This document shows, in pieces, positions 18,978 to 29,765 of a DNA stretch of 64,000 bases. The notes under the pieces are model-generated. The model made no database searches, had not been told where the DNA came from, and saw nothing but the letters and a program-made list of their open reading frames with translations. Each line of letters opens with the position of its first letter. Position 1 is the first letter of the stretch. The position numbers and the translations under genes were made by a program. The stretch is from an uncultured delta proteobacterium (GTDB taxonomy: Bacteria > Desulfobacterota > Desulfobacteria > Desulfobacterales > UBA2156): assembly GCA_963736855.1 (NCBI GenBank), contig CAVTQK010000023.1, forward strand, positions 1 to 64,000. The letters are read 5' to 3'.

Positions 18978-21608
18978 TCATATCGTGTCCTGATCGTCGG
19001 GCCCTTTCGCCTTATCCTTCAGCTCATTTAAATAAGCTAACGCCTCCATGGGTGTCATATTCAAAACATCGATATTTTTCAACCGCTCGATCACGAAAGA
19101 AGATGGCGGCGAAAAAAGCGAAAGTTGAGCCGGAATCATTTTTCCGAATTCTTTCTCTGCGATAAAAGCCTTAGGGCGGTTTTCGATTTCCAGAAGGATT
19201 TCTTTGGCCCTTCCGACCACTTCCTTCGGCATTCCCGCCAGCCGCGCCACCTGGATACCGTAGCTCCGGTTCGTCCCCCCTTCGACCAGCTTACGTAAAA
19301 AAATGATCTCTTCATTCCATTCCTTGACCGCCACATTAAAATTTTTAATACGCGGTTTGCATTCGGAAAGGGCGATCAACTCGTGGTAATGGGTGGCAAA
19401 TAGGGTTTTAACTCCCTTTCCTTTGAGGTCATGCAGGTATTCGGCGACAGCCCAGGCAATGCTGAGACCGTCGTATGTGCTGGTTCCGCGACCGATCTCG
19501 TCCAAGATCACCAGGCTATCGAGGGTGGTATTGTTCAAAATATTGGCCGTTTCCTGCATCTCCACCATAAAAGTGCTCTTCCCCTGAGACAAGTTGTCCA
19601 GCGCACCGACGCGGGTGAAGATGCGATCCGTCAAGGAAATGGATGCTGCCCGGGCAGGAATGAAAGATCCCATATGGGCCATGAGCACCAAAAGGGCCGC
19701 CTGCCTCAAAAGGGTCGACTTTCCTGCCATGTTCGGACCGGTGATGATAAGCACCTGCTGTTCCTCATTGCCCATTTGAATCGTATTGGGGACGAACCGC
19801 CCTCCGGGAATTGTTTTTTCCACCACCGGGTGCCGCCCGTCTTCGATAATCAGGCGACCGTCCGTGGTGATGACCGGTCGAACATAGCGACTCCGGTCTG
19901 CAATTTCTGCAAGATTCAACAGTACATCCAGACGGGCTAGAAATGTTGCAACCTTCTGGATGTGCGTATTTTTCAGTGCGATATCGGACCGGATGTCATT
20001 GAAAAGCTCGAACTCCAAGGCCGCGCGTTGCTCCTGGGCGGTGAAGACTTTTAGTTCAAAGGCTTTCAGTTCATCTGTGATGTATCGCTCGGCGTTGACC
20101 AAGGTTTGTTTTCGTACATAATGGGCCGGAACAGCCGCCGTTTGTGTTTTCGGGATTTCGATATAATACCCGAACACTTTGTTATATCGCACCTTCAGGG
20201 ACTGAATCCCGGTAGCCTGTTTTTCACGGGATTCCAGTCTGGCGAGGCAGGCTCTTCCTTCCTGAGTAATCAGGATCAGTTCATCGAGGCCCGGATGATA
20301 CCCTTTCTTAATGATGCCCCCTTCATGAATGGTGAGGGGCGGATCTTCAGAGATGGCTTGTTCGATTTTTTGCGCCAGCTCATTTAGGGTTGCCGTATCC
20401 GTTTCCAGGTGAAAAAATACGGATCGAAATGACAAAAGGCGTCCGGTTATTCCGGGCAAGGACTGGATAGAGCGTTTCAAAGCGATCAGATCCCTCGCGT
20501 TGGCACGGCCCAAGACGATTTTGGTACCAAGCCGCTCCAAATCGGCCACCTGACCCAGCAGTTCTCGGATGCTTCGGGTCGCCGGCATATCCGCTTTAGC
20601 TTCCTCTACAGCATCCAATCGATGCGTGATTTCACCCATATCCATTGAGGGATAACGCAACCAGCGCTTGAGGAGTCTTCCGCCCATGGCAGTAATGGTT
20701 TTATCCATGATGCCGAGCAAAGTTCCTTCCCTAGATCCGTCCCACAGGTTCTTCATCAGTTCGAGGTTTTTACAGCTTAAATCGTCGATCACAAGGGAAT
20801 CTGAATAGGCATAGGGCTCAAGTCGCGTTATGTGTTCGATGGGTTGTTTCTGTGTTTCCCTGACATATTGCAAAAGAGCACCCGCCGCACCGATCCCGGC
20901 TTTCAGGTGAGCGCACCCGAAACCCTCCAAGTTAAACGTTTGAAACTGATCGATAAGGCTTTCTTTCCCTCTGCCCACGTCAAAGAAGCGGTCCTCCAGG
21001 AAAGTCACGGAACGATTTGAGATCACAGGATGAAGAGGTTCAAAGGTCATCCGTCCCAATCCTCTTTGCGCAGAACTCGGGAGAAGAACCTCTGCCGGTG
21101 CGATACGAAGGATTTCATCTCGGGCCTGATCCAAACTTTCGACCTCGATAACCCGGAAACGCCCGGTGGAAACATCCATGGAGGCTATCCCAAAAACACT
21201 GTCGATTTGGACAAGGGAAATAAGGTAATTTTCGGTCTTTTCATCCAGATACTCATTTTCAACGATCATACCCGGCGTTATGACGCGAACCACGTCACGC
21301 TTGACCAAGCCCTTGACTGTGGTCGGATCTTCCAGCTGATCGCAGAGGGCGACCTTCATGCCGTGTCCCAGGAGTTTACCGATATAAACCGGGGCGGCTT
21401 TTACCGGAACTCCGCACATGGGTACTGAATCGGTTTCGTTTTTATTCCGAGATGTGAGGGTGATGTCCAGGATTCTCGAGGCCACCTCGGCGTCTTCAAA
21501 AAACATTTCGTAAAAATCCCCCATCCGAAAAAAAAGGATGGCATCAGGGTGCCCCTCCTTAATCAGGAGGTACTGCTGCATCATGGGGGTCAGATTTTTC
21601 GATTTCAT
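18978..21608 (-). CDS. mutS: DNA mismatch repair protein MutS
   Basis: 'TPMMQQY', 'GDFYEMF', GPNMAGKS, 'STFMVEM', 'DEIGRGTST', 'FATHYHE'. Confidence 0.98.
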   Translation of the reverse strand: MKSKNLTPMMQQYLLIKEGHPDAILFFRMGDFYEMFFEDAEVASRILDITLTSRNKNETDSVPMCGVPVKAAPVYIGKLLGHGMKVALCDQLEDPTTVKGLVKRDVVRVITPGMIVENEYLDEKTENYLISLVQIDSVFGIASMDVSTGRFRVIEVESLDQARDEILRIAPAEVLLPSSAQRGLGRMTFEPLHPVISNRSVTFLEDRFFDVGRGKESLIDQFQTFNLEGFGCAHLKAGIGAAGALLQYVRETQKQPIEHITRLEPYAYSDSLVIDDLSCKNLELMKNLWDGSREGTLLGIMDKTITAMGGRLLKRWLRYPSMDMGEITHRLDAVEEAKADMPATRSIRELLGQVADLERLGTKIVLGRANARDLIALKRSIQSLPGITGRLLSFRSVFFHLETDTATLNELAQKIEQAISEDPPLTIHEGGIIKKGYHPGLDELILITQEGRACLARLESREKQATGIQSLKVRYNKVFGYYIEIPKTQTAAVPAHYVRKQTLVNAERYITDELKAFELKVFTAQEQRAALEFELFNDIRSDIALKNTHIQKVATFLARLDVLLNLAEIADRSRYVRPVITTDGRLIIEDGRHPVVEKTIPGGRFVPNTIQMGNEEQQVLIITGPNMAGKSTLLRQAALLVLMAHMGSFIPARAASISLTDRIFTRVGALDNLSQGKSTFMVEMQETANILNNTTLDSLVILDEIGRGTSTYDGLSIAWAVAEYLHDLKGKGVKTLFATHYHELIALSECKPRIKNFNVAVKEWNEEIIFLRKLVEGGTNRSYGIQVARLAGMPKEVVGRAKEILLEIENRPKAFIAEKEFGKMIPAQLSLFSPPSSFVIERLKNIDVLNMTPMEALAYLNELKDKAKGPDDQDTI

Positions 21609-21727
21609 GGAACTTGAACTCGGATGCGGAGCCGAATGTTTTCTTTTGGTTCCTGAGATGCGTTTAGATCACGAACCCCAATCGCTTCACACGCCGGGAC
21701 CGTGGAGGTAAGGATCAAACCGCCGGT

Positions 21728-22093
21728 TCAAGACGCTGAATCTTGAGGTTGGACAGTGGAAGCGACCGCAGGCCTCTTCAATGCATCCAGTTCCGCTTGA
21801 AGCACCGAAACCTTTTGAAGATGGGAGTCTGACGTTGATTTGAGATCTTTTATGGTTTTATTCGATTTGAACCGTTCGGCAAGAGTGGCAAAATAGGAAA
21901 CAAGCAATCCAATTAAAAAGTAGGCTAGATAATAAATGGCATTGGTAATTTCGGGAACCTGATAAGCGTAAAAATATAGATCGATACGCAGCCCATTTTT
22001 GCTTAGGAATAATTCCTGATTTTCGTATATCAATAGGCCGAAAAAGCCGATCAAAAGCACCCAAAAGACAACCTTTAATTTATTCATGAGCAA
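21728..22093 (-). CDS. LapA-like membrane protein
   Basis: Two TM segments with ENQ motif and coiled-coil tail. Confidence 0.6.
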   Translation of the reverse strand: MLMNKLKVVFWVLLIGFFGLLIYENQELFLSKNGLRIDLYFYAYQVPEITNAIYYLAYFLIGLLVSYFATLAERFKSNKTIKDLKSTSDSHLQKVSVLQAELDALKRPAVASTVQPQDSAS

Positions 22094-22108
22094 ATTCTCC
22101 CTACAATT

Positions 22109-22594
22109 TTATTGAGTTGGATCGATTTGATCAAAGTAAGGCTTGAGCCTGTCATACGTCGCTTTAAAATGCTCAGGGATCACCCGTATGTCGGCGAATA
22201 CGGTCAGGGCATTGGTATCGCCGAACCATCTCGGTACGACATGAAAATGAAGGTGCTCTTCAACGCCGGCACCGGCTACTTTCCCAAGGTTTAAACCCAC
22301 ATTGAACCCGTCTGGCTTCATGGCCTCCTTTAGTATGCCAACGGATCGTTCCACCGTTTTTAACAGTATCCCCATCTCATCGGTTGTCAGTTCATGGAGT
22401 GTTGAGAGGTGACTATTGGGTGCAACGAGAAGATGTCCGTTGATATAAGGGAACTTGTTCATCATCACCAGGGAGTTGTTTCCCTTGAACAGGGTCAGGG
22501 TATCGTCCTCTCCCTGCCCTTTGCAGAAAATACATCCTTCCTTCTTTTGGTTGAGGATGTATTCCATCCGCCACGGAGCCCACATGGTTTTCAT
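22109..22594 (-). CDS. HIT family hydrolase
   Basis: 'WAPWRMEYI', CIFC, 'HLHFHVVPRW'. Confidence 0.93.
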   Translation of the reverse strand: MKTMWAPWRMEYILNQKKEGCIFCKGQGEDDTLTLFKGNNSLVMMNKFPYINGHLLVAPNSHLSTLHELTTDEMGILLKTVERSVGILKEAMKPDGFNVGLNLGKVAGAGVEEHLHFHVVPRWFGDTNALTVFADIRVIPEHFKATYDRLKPYFDQIDPTQ

Positions 22595-22694
22595 CCTTAA
22601 ATTCCCATCCTCTTTTCCCAAATCCGGTCGTGAAGCTGGTGTGAAGCTGGTTTTCAATACTCTCTTTCCCTGTAAAACTCAAGGCATTTTTTTC

Positions 22695-23450
22695 CTATAT
22701 GCGCACCAGTTCCAGTTCCCCCCAAATCCCCATTTTGCTCCCCACGACCACTACAAGTCCGGTCACGCCTTTCATTTGTCGACCGTACTCGATCCCTTTG
22801 GGTATATCCTTGTCTGACCGGATAAGATTTCCGATAGCGGTGGCCACCGCATCCGCAAAAGGGCATGACTCGGAAACGACACACACCGCGTCCGCTTTCC
22901 CAAAGCTCAGGGAATGCCCAACAGTTCCGGAAGACGTGCATACCGCAACCGGTGCGGTGTCGGATCGGATTTGCAGGCCGATCTTAAAGGAAAGAGGTGA
23001 TTCCCCGGCATAAAGGCCCACAGTGATGGGATTTTCGGCTTTAATGAATATATCCCCTCCGTTCTCAATAATGACCTCGCTGGAACCGTCCGGGAGAGAA
23101 AGGATATCCATGCCGACACATTGAGCGATTGCCCCGGCCACCGCCGCCATGGGACCTACTCCGGCCTTTTTCGCCGCCTGGAGCATATCCTGGATGATCC
23201 GGGGAACAGGCTCTGGTATGTTCAGCGGGGATAGGGAAACGACGAATTCCGGGTGGTTTTTAATGAAGGCTTCGATATGGCCGCGATATTTGAGCACCAG
23301 ATCCGTGGTCAAGGCGGTCAGATCCTTTTGAGCGTAAACCAGGAGATCGGTCTCTTTCACCCTGACGGGAAAGACGGTCAGCGCTTGTGTTCGAATCCGA
23401 TGCCGGTAACTCGGGCCTATATTGAGATCTGATGTTTTCGTTTCAACCAT
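22695..23450 (-). CDS. UPF0280/ApbE-superfamily protein
   Basis: 'GVGPMAAVAGAIA', 'ENGGDI', 'CTSSGTVGHSLSFG.ADA'. Confidence 0.88.
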   Translation of the reverse strand: MVETKTSDLNIGPSYRHRIRTQALTVFPVRVKETDLLVYAQKDLTALTTDLVLKYRGHIEAFIKNHPEFVVSLSPLNIPEPVPRIIQDMLQAAKKAGVGPMAAVAGAIAQCVGMDILSLPDGSSEVIIENGGDIFIKAENPITVGLYAGESPLSFKIGLQIRSDTAPVAVCTSSGTVGHSLSFGKADAVCVVSESCPFADAVATAIGNLIRSDKDIPKGIEYGRQMKGVTGLVVVVGSKMGIWGELELVRI

Positions 23451-24600
23451 ACATGACTATAGATCTGGGCCTCAGGTCTTCCGGGCATTGCATTAAAAAA
23501 TATCGGTCCGTCATGCCGGCGATGAAATCTCGTACGATCTCATAAGGCCCGTGCGTGTAAAAATAGTCTTCGGACATACCCGTTAAAAAATTCGTGAATA
23601 TGACAGACGAATGGTTGTGGCGTTCGATATCCCGAACGTAAGTCTTGAAGAGAATCCCGAAAAGCTTCTCGATGGTTTGAGTATGTGTCTTAATCGCCGG
23701 GTTCATATAGATGCGCTCATAATTAAACTGTTTTAGTATTTTCAAGGCTTCGGATACCTCTTTGCTCAGGGCGATGCAGCCGGTTTGCGCACTGTTGGAA
23801 ATGACGTCGGTTACCAATGTATAGACAATCTCTCCGTTGGTTTCCCCTAAGCGCTTCGTGCAGGGTTTCGGAATATCCGACCGTCGGGTCATCCCCAGTC
23901 GAATGGCATCCTCAATATCTCGACCTACATAGCTGATGGTATCGGCTACACGGACCACACATCCTTCAAGGGTCATGGGTGTTAAAGCCGAATCGGGATC
24001 TTCTTTTTTTATCCTTATCTCATTTTGCAAATCATCAAAGCTTTTCCCCTTTTTGGGTTCCAGTTTCTCATCGTGAACTTCGCCGTCATGACACAGGATG
24101 CCGTCTAGAGTTTGAAGGGTTAGGTTCCATCCCTTCCCTTTTCTTTCTACACGGTCCAAAAACTGGACGCTCTGGACATTGTGATGGAAATAGCCGATAC
24201 CGACTTCCTTGCAGAGCCCTGAAAGAAAGCGTTCACCGTCATGTCCGAAAGGCGTGTGCCCGATATCATGCCCTAAGGCAATGGCCTCGATGAGATCTTC
24301 ATTGAGTTCCAGGAAGCGCCCGATGGTCCGGGCGATTTTGGAGACCAACTGGACGTGGAGAACACGATGAGTGATATGATCGTTTTCAATCAGGTAGAAG
24401 ACCTGGGTTTTATCGATATACCGGGTATAAGCATGGGAATAGAGGATGCGATCCACATCCACTGAAAAGGCCTGGCGATACCCCAGCTTCAGCCGAGGTT
24501 CTTCCCGGCGTCTTACCGCATCCGCACTTCGGGTCGCATGGGGGGAAAGGCGTTCAATCTCTCGGTCATCCAGCCCCTTCCTGATTCGATCAAGATTCAT
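23443..24600 (-). CDS. HD-domain dNTP triphosphohydrolase (dGTPase-like)
   Basis: 'DKTQVF', 'GHDIGHTPFGHDGE', 'DFIAGMTDRY'. Confidence 0.88.
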   Translation of the reverse strand: MNLDRIRKGLDDREIERLSPHATRSADAVRRREEPRLKLGYRQAFSVDVDRILYSHAYTRYIDKTQVFYLIENDHITHRVLHVQLVSKIARTIGRFLELNEDLIEAIALGHDIGHTPFGHDGERFLSGLCKEVGIGYFHHNVQSVQFLDRVERKGKGWNLTLQTLDGILCHDGEVHDEKLEPKKGKSFDDLQNEIRIKKEDPDSALTPMTLEGCVVRVADTISYVGRDIEDAIRLGMTRRSDIPKPCTKRLGETNGEIVYTLVTDVISNSAQTGCIALSKEVSEALKILKQFNYERIYMNPAIKTHTQTIEKLFGILFKTYVRDIERHNHSSVIFTNFLTGMSEDYFYTHGPYEIVRDFIAGMTDRYFLMQCPEDLRPRSIVMYG

Positions 24601-24619
24601 GGGTTATAGAAACGCCTGA

Positions 24620-25411
24620 TTAAATTTCCCGGTTTTCGATCATAGATTCCATCATCCGAGTGAAATCGATCCCGGCCGATCGAAATCCCTGCATCCCGTA
24701 TTTCATGTTCGCTTCCAACACGTAACATTTACCCTCATGAATGCAGATGTCTATGCCGACGTCATCCCACCGGCAACACCGGGCCGTCTCAAGGGCCAGG
24801 CCCAGAGCTTCTTGAGGAATCGGATTGAAGCAAACGGCAGCACCGAGGGCCACGTTGCTCCGAAATTCGTTTTTAGGAGTGATACGCCAATAAGCATGAA
24901 CCACACGCCCTCCTATAACCACCACGCGGATGTCCCGGTCGATAGACAGATATTCCTGGACATATGCCGGATCCTTCCGGGTGCAATATTTTTTCAGCTC
25001 CCCCTCGTTTCGAATCAGGTAAACACCTCTTCCCATAGCGGAATTTCGAGGAATTTTAGCAATAAACGGAAAGCTGAAATGGCCCAGGATGGATGCCTTC
25101 TGGCCCTTACCATAAAAGACACGTGTTCGCGGGTGAGGGACACCAAAAAGATCCAATAGGGCATTTTGCTTGATTTTGTCCTGAACACACTTATAGGTGT
25201 GGTAACTAGGGAAGGTCCTTTTCCCCATGACGTCGAATAGATCCGCATAAAATAAGGTCGGATAATAAATTTTTTCTGAAGCCAGGACTAGTGCCCTCTC
25301 CTCTTCCGTGTAATCCGACCAGTTTGGGTGTACCCCTAGTGTCAAGACATTTTTACATCCTCTCAGTCTGGCCTCGAGGGCAACGGCTTGCTTCATTGAA
25401 TCGACTTCCAC
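24620..25411 (-). CDS. RimK-family ATP-grasp ligase
   Basis: 'MGRGVYLI', 'YVQEYL..DRDIRVVVIG', 'FRSNVALG', 'LEAN'. Confidence 0.85.
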   Translation of the reverse strand: MEVDSMKQAVALEARLRGCKNVLTLGVHPNWSDYTEEERALVLASEKIYYPTLFYADLFDVMGKRTFPSYHTYKCVQDKIKQNALLDLFGVPHPRTRVFYGKGQKASILGHFSFPFIAKIPRNSAMGRGVYLIRNEGELKKYCTRKDPAYVQEYLSIDRDIRVVVIGGRVVHAYWRITPKNEFRSNVALGAAVCFNPIPQEALGLALETARCCRWDDVGIDICIHEGKCYVLEANMKYGMQGFRSAGIDFTRMMESMIENREI

Positions 25412-25432
25412 CTTACCGCTCCCATCGACACC

Positions 25433-25918
25433 TTAGTCTGCGCGAGGGACGTTGTTAATAAGCTCCTCAATAATCCGGCCGGCACGCTGGGTATGCGTCC
25501 CTGGCCAGTAAACCCGTTGACATGACCTGCAAGCGGAAAACGTCTCTTGAGTCTCCCAAATATGGTCGGGGACGCGCCAAACGATCTCGTTCTTATTCAC
25601 TTTATAGAGAATATCATTGCACCGAATACAGCGAATGAAAGGATGGGCATCCTCATGGGTCAATCTCAATTCCTGAATCATCTGCCGAAGTTGCTCTTCC
25701 AAATGATCCGACCGGATGAAAATCGTGTGTTGAGTCGATGTGGGAGTATATAGGTGTCGAGAACGCGTCAGACGGATTCTTCCCTCCAATAGGTCCTTGG
25801 AAACAGGCTTCGGAACATCGGGTCCATAAAGTGTGTCAAAACCCATTAAGCGCAACCATTTGGCTAATCTGCCAAGTGGCCTTTCGGCCAGGAAACGGAT
25901 CGGGCAGTCTTTTTCCAT
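25433..25918 (-). CDS. Mut7-C/PIN-like RNase domain protein
   Basis: 'LGRLAKWLRLMGFDT', RCIRCN, 'CRSCQRVYWPGTH'. Confidence 0.88.
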   Translation of the reverse strand: MEKDCPIRFLAERPLGRLAKWLRLMGFDTLYGPDVPKPVSKDLLEGRIRLTRSRHLYTPTSTQHTIFIRSDHLEEQLRQMIQELRLTHEDAHPFIRCIRCNDILYKVNKNEIVWRVPDHIWETQETFSACRSCQRVYWPGTHTQRAGRIIEELINNVPRAD

Positions 25919-25965
25919 GTCAGACTCTGAAAAGCCTGATAATCTTCATCGAAAAGGCAAGGTCT

Positions 25966-26772
25966 TTAACCCGCTTTAGGGTAAATGGTAAAGCCTTCAG
26001 GATCGACCGGTACATTGGTCCAGCACCTCTGGACCGTAAGTTCGAAAAATGACCCGTCATTGTCCGACGCATGGATTAAAAACGGGAGGTTAAAACCGGT
26101 AACCGCCTGGAACTGATCCCGTTGAACCCGAAATGACAATGCTCCCTGCCCATCGAAACACTCGATTTTAAGAACTTTCTGTTTTTCCGAATCCAGGTAG
26201 ATCTTTTCAACGATTCCATACCATCTCTTTTTCAAAATCAGTATATAGCCCGGGGAATCCGGATCGTTGATAAGATCGACTGTGTGGTATGCTTCGACGG
26301 GAATTTTACCACCCAGGAGGGCAATCATCTCCTTGGGACGGACCGGTATCGATAAAAACCGATCAAATCCTGTTTCGTATCGTTTTTTATAATATCTCTG
26401 TTCTGCATGAAAAAGAAAATAAAGCCACTCTCCGTCTCCGGCAAAGCTGGCCATCGGCTGTCCGGAAATCGAGAGGGCTTCGATGCGGAGCTTTTCCGGG
26501 GATTCACCCATCCAGGCCACTCGCAGCGTTTGCAGATTTCCGTCATTTTTCAGGCGCAGCGAACCCACCCCTTTGAAAGTCTTAAGATCGCTGTTGTTAC
26601 GCTTCAGTTTCTCAATCAGGGCCTGTCCTTCGAGAACCCTGGGTGCTGAAGGTCGAACATCGGTATGATCAAAGCCCGTGCATCCGGTTACCCAAAAAAC
26701 AAGAATCCATAAAAAAACCCGCCTGTCCAACGATAGTACCTTTTGATGAAAAAAAGAGAAGCGGAAAAGCAT
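25966..26772 (-). CDS. Lipoprotein, LolB-like fold possible
   Basis: Lipobox 'VTGC'; beta-rich; follows the TPR lipoprotein. Confidence 0.6.
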   Translation of the reverse strand: MLFRFSFFHQKVLSLDRRVFLWILVFWVTGCTGFDHTDVRPSAPRVLEGQALIEKLKRNNSDLKTFKGVGSLRLKNDGNLQTLRVAWMGESPEKLRIEALSISGQPMASFAGDGEWLYFLFHAEQRYYKKRYETGFDRFLSIPVRPKEMIALLGGKIPVEAYHTVDLINDPDSPGYILILKKRWYGIVEKIYLDSEKQKVLKIECFDGQGALSFRVQRDQFQAVTGFNLPFLIHASDNDGSFFELTVQRCWTNVPVDPEGFTIYPKAG

Positions 26773-26779
26773 ACCATAT

Positions 26780-28510
26780 TTAATTTAATAATTTCAGTAA
26801 ACTATTTATTTTTATCTCAATTTTTGATTTATCTTTTTTCATCAGTTCCAGGGACCTCTGATAATATTGGAGCGCCTTTTCATTATCTTTCATTTGAAGA
26901 TAAATATCGCCGAGGTGTTCCAAAATAATCGGGTCTTCCGGAACAAGAACAGTCGCCTTCTGAATCCATTCCAGTGCTTCCTGAAACCGACCCTTTCTGT
27001 AATAGACCCAGCCCAAGCTATCCGTAATATAACCGTCATTGGGTTTATGATTCAAAGCCTCTTTGATAAGCTTTTCCGCTTCATCCAGGTTTTTACCCAA
27101 TTCAGCATATGTATACCCTAAGTAATTGAGTGCGTTGGCATTTTTTGGATCAAGACGAATGACCTCCTCCATAGCATGAATAGAATCTTCCTTGCGGTCG
27201 ACTTTGTCATAGACGACGCCGAGACGGAAAAGGATCTTGGCGTTATCAGGATCCTTGGCCAAACCCTGTTTCAAAATTTTTTCCGCTTGATCAAATTGTT
27301 CCATTTCTTCATAGAAAGAGCCCAGATATAAATAAAATTCAGTGTGTTCGGGCATCTGCCGGACAATGGCCTCTAAAAAATCAATGGCTTCTTTGGTGTT
27401 TCCCATCTCTTGAAGCAAAAAGGCGGTGTGAACCATGGCATTGGTGTAGAATCGGGAGCCGGGAAGGACCTTTTTCATATGGTAGACAGCCTGGGCCTTG
27501 TTTTCCTTTCCGTCATGGGCGATTCCCATCAGGTAATGCAAATCCGACGCTTCCGGCGCCCCTTCGAGCATGGCGCTCAATATCACGATAGCGGTGTCAT
27601 ATTTCTTTTCATCTATATAGAGATTGAACAACTGCCGGATTATATCCGGATCTAAGAGACTCTTTTTCCCTAACGGCTTCAGATACTCCTCCGAAGCCCG
27701 AGAGTCTCCTGCCTGGTGGTACAGCACACCAAGCCCCATTTTCGACCTGACACTTTCCGGGTTCTTTTCGAGCATATCCTGGAGGAGTCGAATGGCTTCC
27801 GGGGCATCTCCGTGCTCTTGATAAAGATCGATCAGGGCGTACCGGGCTTCTTCGAGTTCAGGTTCCAGCTCCAACGCCTTTAAAAAGGCTATTTTTGCCG
27901 CTTCGAAGCGCCGTTTTTTCGCCTGTACCTTGCCCAGGAAAAAGTGTCCCACGTAATAATCCGGGAAATGTTTTACCAGTTCCTCGTAAATCCGCTCTGC
28001 ATTGTCCAAGTCTTCTTTTTCGATGTAGCCATTACCCAGAAACAGGTAAACGCTCATTTGCCCGGGATCCAATTGAAGTGCTCTTTCAAAGGCCTCGATG
28101 GCTTTTTCGTGATTTTTTTGCTCCTGTTCGAGCTTTCCCAGAAGGATCAAAGAGCCCACATGGCTCGGGTCATTGGCAGATACATTTCTCATCATCTCCA
28201 GGGCAAGCTGGGTCTCCTCCTGTTCCGCCAGAAGCTCCGAAAATTCCATCTTTAAGTAGGTGGAATGCGGATCGTGTAGTATGGATTTCCCGAGCAATTC
28301 CTTGGCCTTCTCCAGATTCTGTTGCTTTATTTCCCACTGTGCTATGGAATAAAAGGAATATGAATTCTGTGGCCAGTCCTGGGAGGCCGGGGAAGCAGAC
28401 TGGAGATGAGGTACCGGGTCCTTCAACCCGGCATGCTTTGAGGTGCTGCAGGCGGTTATAATCATTATGAGTAAAAGGGCGGATACCCTTTGGAACAGAT
28501 GCAACTTCAT
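26780..28510 (-). CDS. Multi-TPR lipoprotein
   Basis: Lipobox 'ITAC'; many TPRs, e.g. 'NALNYLGYTYAE', 'DSLGWVYYRKG'. Confidence 0.9.
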   Translation of the reverse strand: MKLHLFQRVSALLLIMIITACSTSKHAGLKDPVPHLQSASPASQDWPQNSYSFYSIAQWEIKQQNLEKAKELLGKSILHDPHSTYLKMEFSELLAEQEETQLALEMMRNVSANDPSHVGSLILLGKLEQEQKNHEKAIEAFERALQLDPGQMSVYLFLGNGYIEKEDLDNAERIYEELVKHFPDYYVGHFFLGKVQAKKRRFEAAKIAFLKALELEPELEEARYALIDLYQEHGDAPEAIRLLQDMLEKNPESVRSKMGLGVLYHQAGDSRASEEYLKPLGKKSLLDPDIIRQLFNLYIDEKKYDTAIVILSAMLEGAPEASDLHYLMGIAHDGKENKAQAVYHMKKVLPGSRFYTNAMVHTAFLLQEMGNTKEAIDFLEAIVRQMPEHTEFYLYLGSFYEEMEQFDQAEKILKQGLAKDPDNAKILFRLGVVYDKVDRKEDSIHAMEEVIRLDPKNANALNYLGYTYAELGKNLDEAEKLIKEALNHKPNDGYITDSLGWVYYRKGRFQEALEWIQKATVLVPEDPIILEHLGDIYLQMKDNEKALQYYQRSLELMKKDKSKIEIKINSLLKLLN

Positions 28511-28613
28511 AGGAACACAGATCCTTTCCAATGGTTCTATGCGTCTAACGCGGCTTGATGCAGCGGATTCGCAAGAGAAGAAATACAAAGCTCATCCCCC
28601 GGATCGCATTTTA

Positions 28614-29606
28614 CTATCCGGTGGTGGTGGAAAAAGTGTCAAAATCGGATATCCCTTCCTTAAAAAAATCCCTCATCCGCTTGACAATATTTTTTTCAAC
28701 CTGGCGAACCCTTTCCCTCGATATTCCATAGCGTTCCCCAATCTCCTGGAGGGTAACCGGAGACTCCGAGAAAATGCGCAGTTCGAAAATTTCGAGTTCC
28801 CGAGGGGTCAGGTGCTCTTTGAACGAATCGATCTTATCACGAAGAATCCAATCCATCTCTTTTTTGGAAACCTGAACTTCAATGGATTCGGCCTCGGAAC
28901 TGACGAAATCGATCCGTTCCGCATCGGAGTCCTCCTTGATGGGGGCATCCAAAGACACGTCCCACCCATCCAGGCGCTGGTCCATCTCCACCACCTCTTT
29001 CTCAGTCACACCCAGGCGCTGGGAGAGAAGTTTAGGTTTGGGATCGAACCCTTGATCAATGAGGTTTTGTTTCTCCTTTTTAAGCTTGAAAAAAAGCTTT
29101 CTTTGCCCCTGGGTGGTGCCGATCTTGACCAGGCGCCAGTTATCCATGATGAATTTCAATATATAAGCCTTGATCCAAAAGGAGGCATAATAGCTGAATT
29201 TGACATTTTTATAAGGATCAAATTTCCTCGCCGCCTGCATCAGGCCGATATTTCCTTCCTGGATCAGGTCTAAAAGATTTTGCATCCATATCCTTTGGAA
29301 TTCCAGCGCGATTTTGACCACCAACCTGAGATTGGATGTCACAAGGACATAGGCGGCATCCCGGTCTCCCGTCTCCTGAATTCTTTTGGCCAGATTGATT
29401 TCCTCCTCCCGTGTGAGGAGTCGATACTGACTGATTTCCATCAGATAGCGCTGGAGAGGGTCATACCGTACGATCGCCTTCTCAGTAACCTCTTTGGCCG
29501 GCAACCGGTTGTTGATGGACGATTCCAACGGTTTTTTCTTTGCCTTTTTGGATTTTTTGGAGGATTTCCTGGCCACTATCCTTTCCGATTTCGTTTTAAT
29601 GGACAT
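28614..29606 (-). CDS. rpoH: Sigma-32 (RpoH) family sigma factor
   Basis: 'DLIQEGNIGL', RpoH-box-like 'KIGTTQGQRKLFFKL', region 4 'TLQEIGERYGISRERVRQ'. Confidence 0.9.
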   Translation of the reverse strand: MSIKTKSERIVARKSSKKSKKAKKKPLESSINNRLPAKEVTEKAIVRYDPLQRYLMEISQYRLLTREEEINLAKRIQETGDRDAAYVLVTSNLRLVVKIALEFQRIWMQNLLDLIQEGNIGLMQAARKFDPYKNVKFSYYASFWIKAYILKFIMDNWRLVKIGTTQGQRKLFFKLKKEKQNLIDQGFDPKPKLLSQRLGVTEKEVVEMDQRLDGWDVSLDAPIKEDSDAERIDFVSSEAESIEVQVSKKEMDWILRDKIDSFKEHLTPRELEIFELRIFSESPVTLQEIGERYGISRERVRQVEKNIVKRMRDFFKEGISDFDTFSTTTG

Positions 29607-29628
29607 CTTTATTGCCTTGTGCTATAAA
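29600..29628 (+). promoter_or_regulatory. sigma70-like promoter for tRNA-Arg, overlapping the rpoH start codon
   Basis: TGGACA-N17-TATAAA with extended -10 TG. Confidence 0.5.
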
Positions 29629-29642
29629 TCTTATTCACCGTT

Positions 29643-29719
<77 letters not shown>

Positions 29720-29727
29720 ATGATATC

Positions 29728-29765
29728 AAGGAGTTAGCTAGTATAAGCGACTCCTTGTTTTTTTT
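29728..29765 (+). terminator. Rho-independent terminator after tRNA-Arg
   Basis: AAGGAGT...ACTCCTT stem followed by a T run. Confidence 0.55.

Noticed and set aside
28443..29273. Long antisense ORFs (also 39729-40622, 47688-48575, 52461-53417, 56373-57134)
   Set aside because: They are shadows of well-supported genes on the opposite strand and carry no recognisable motifs.
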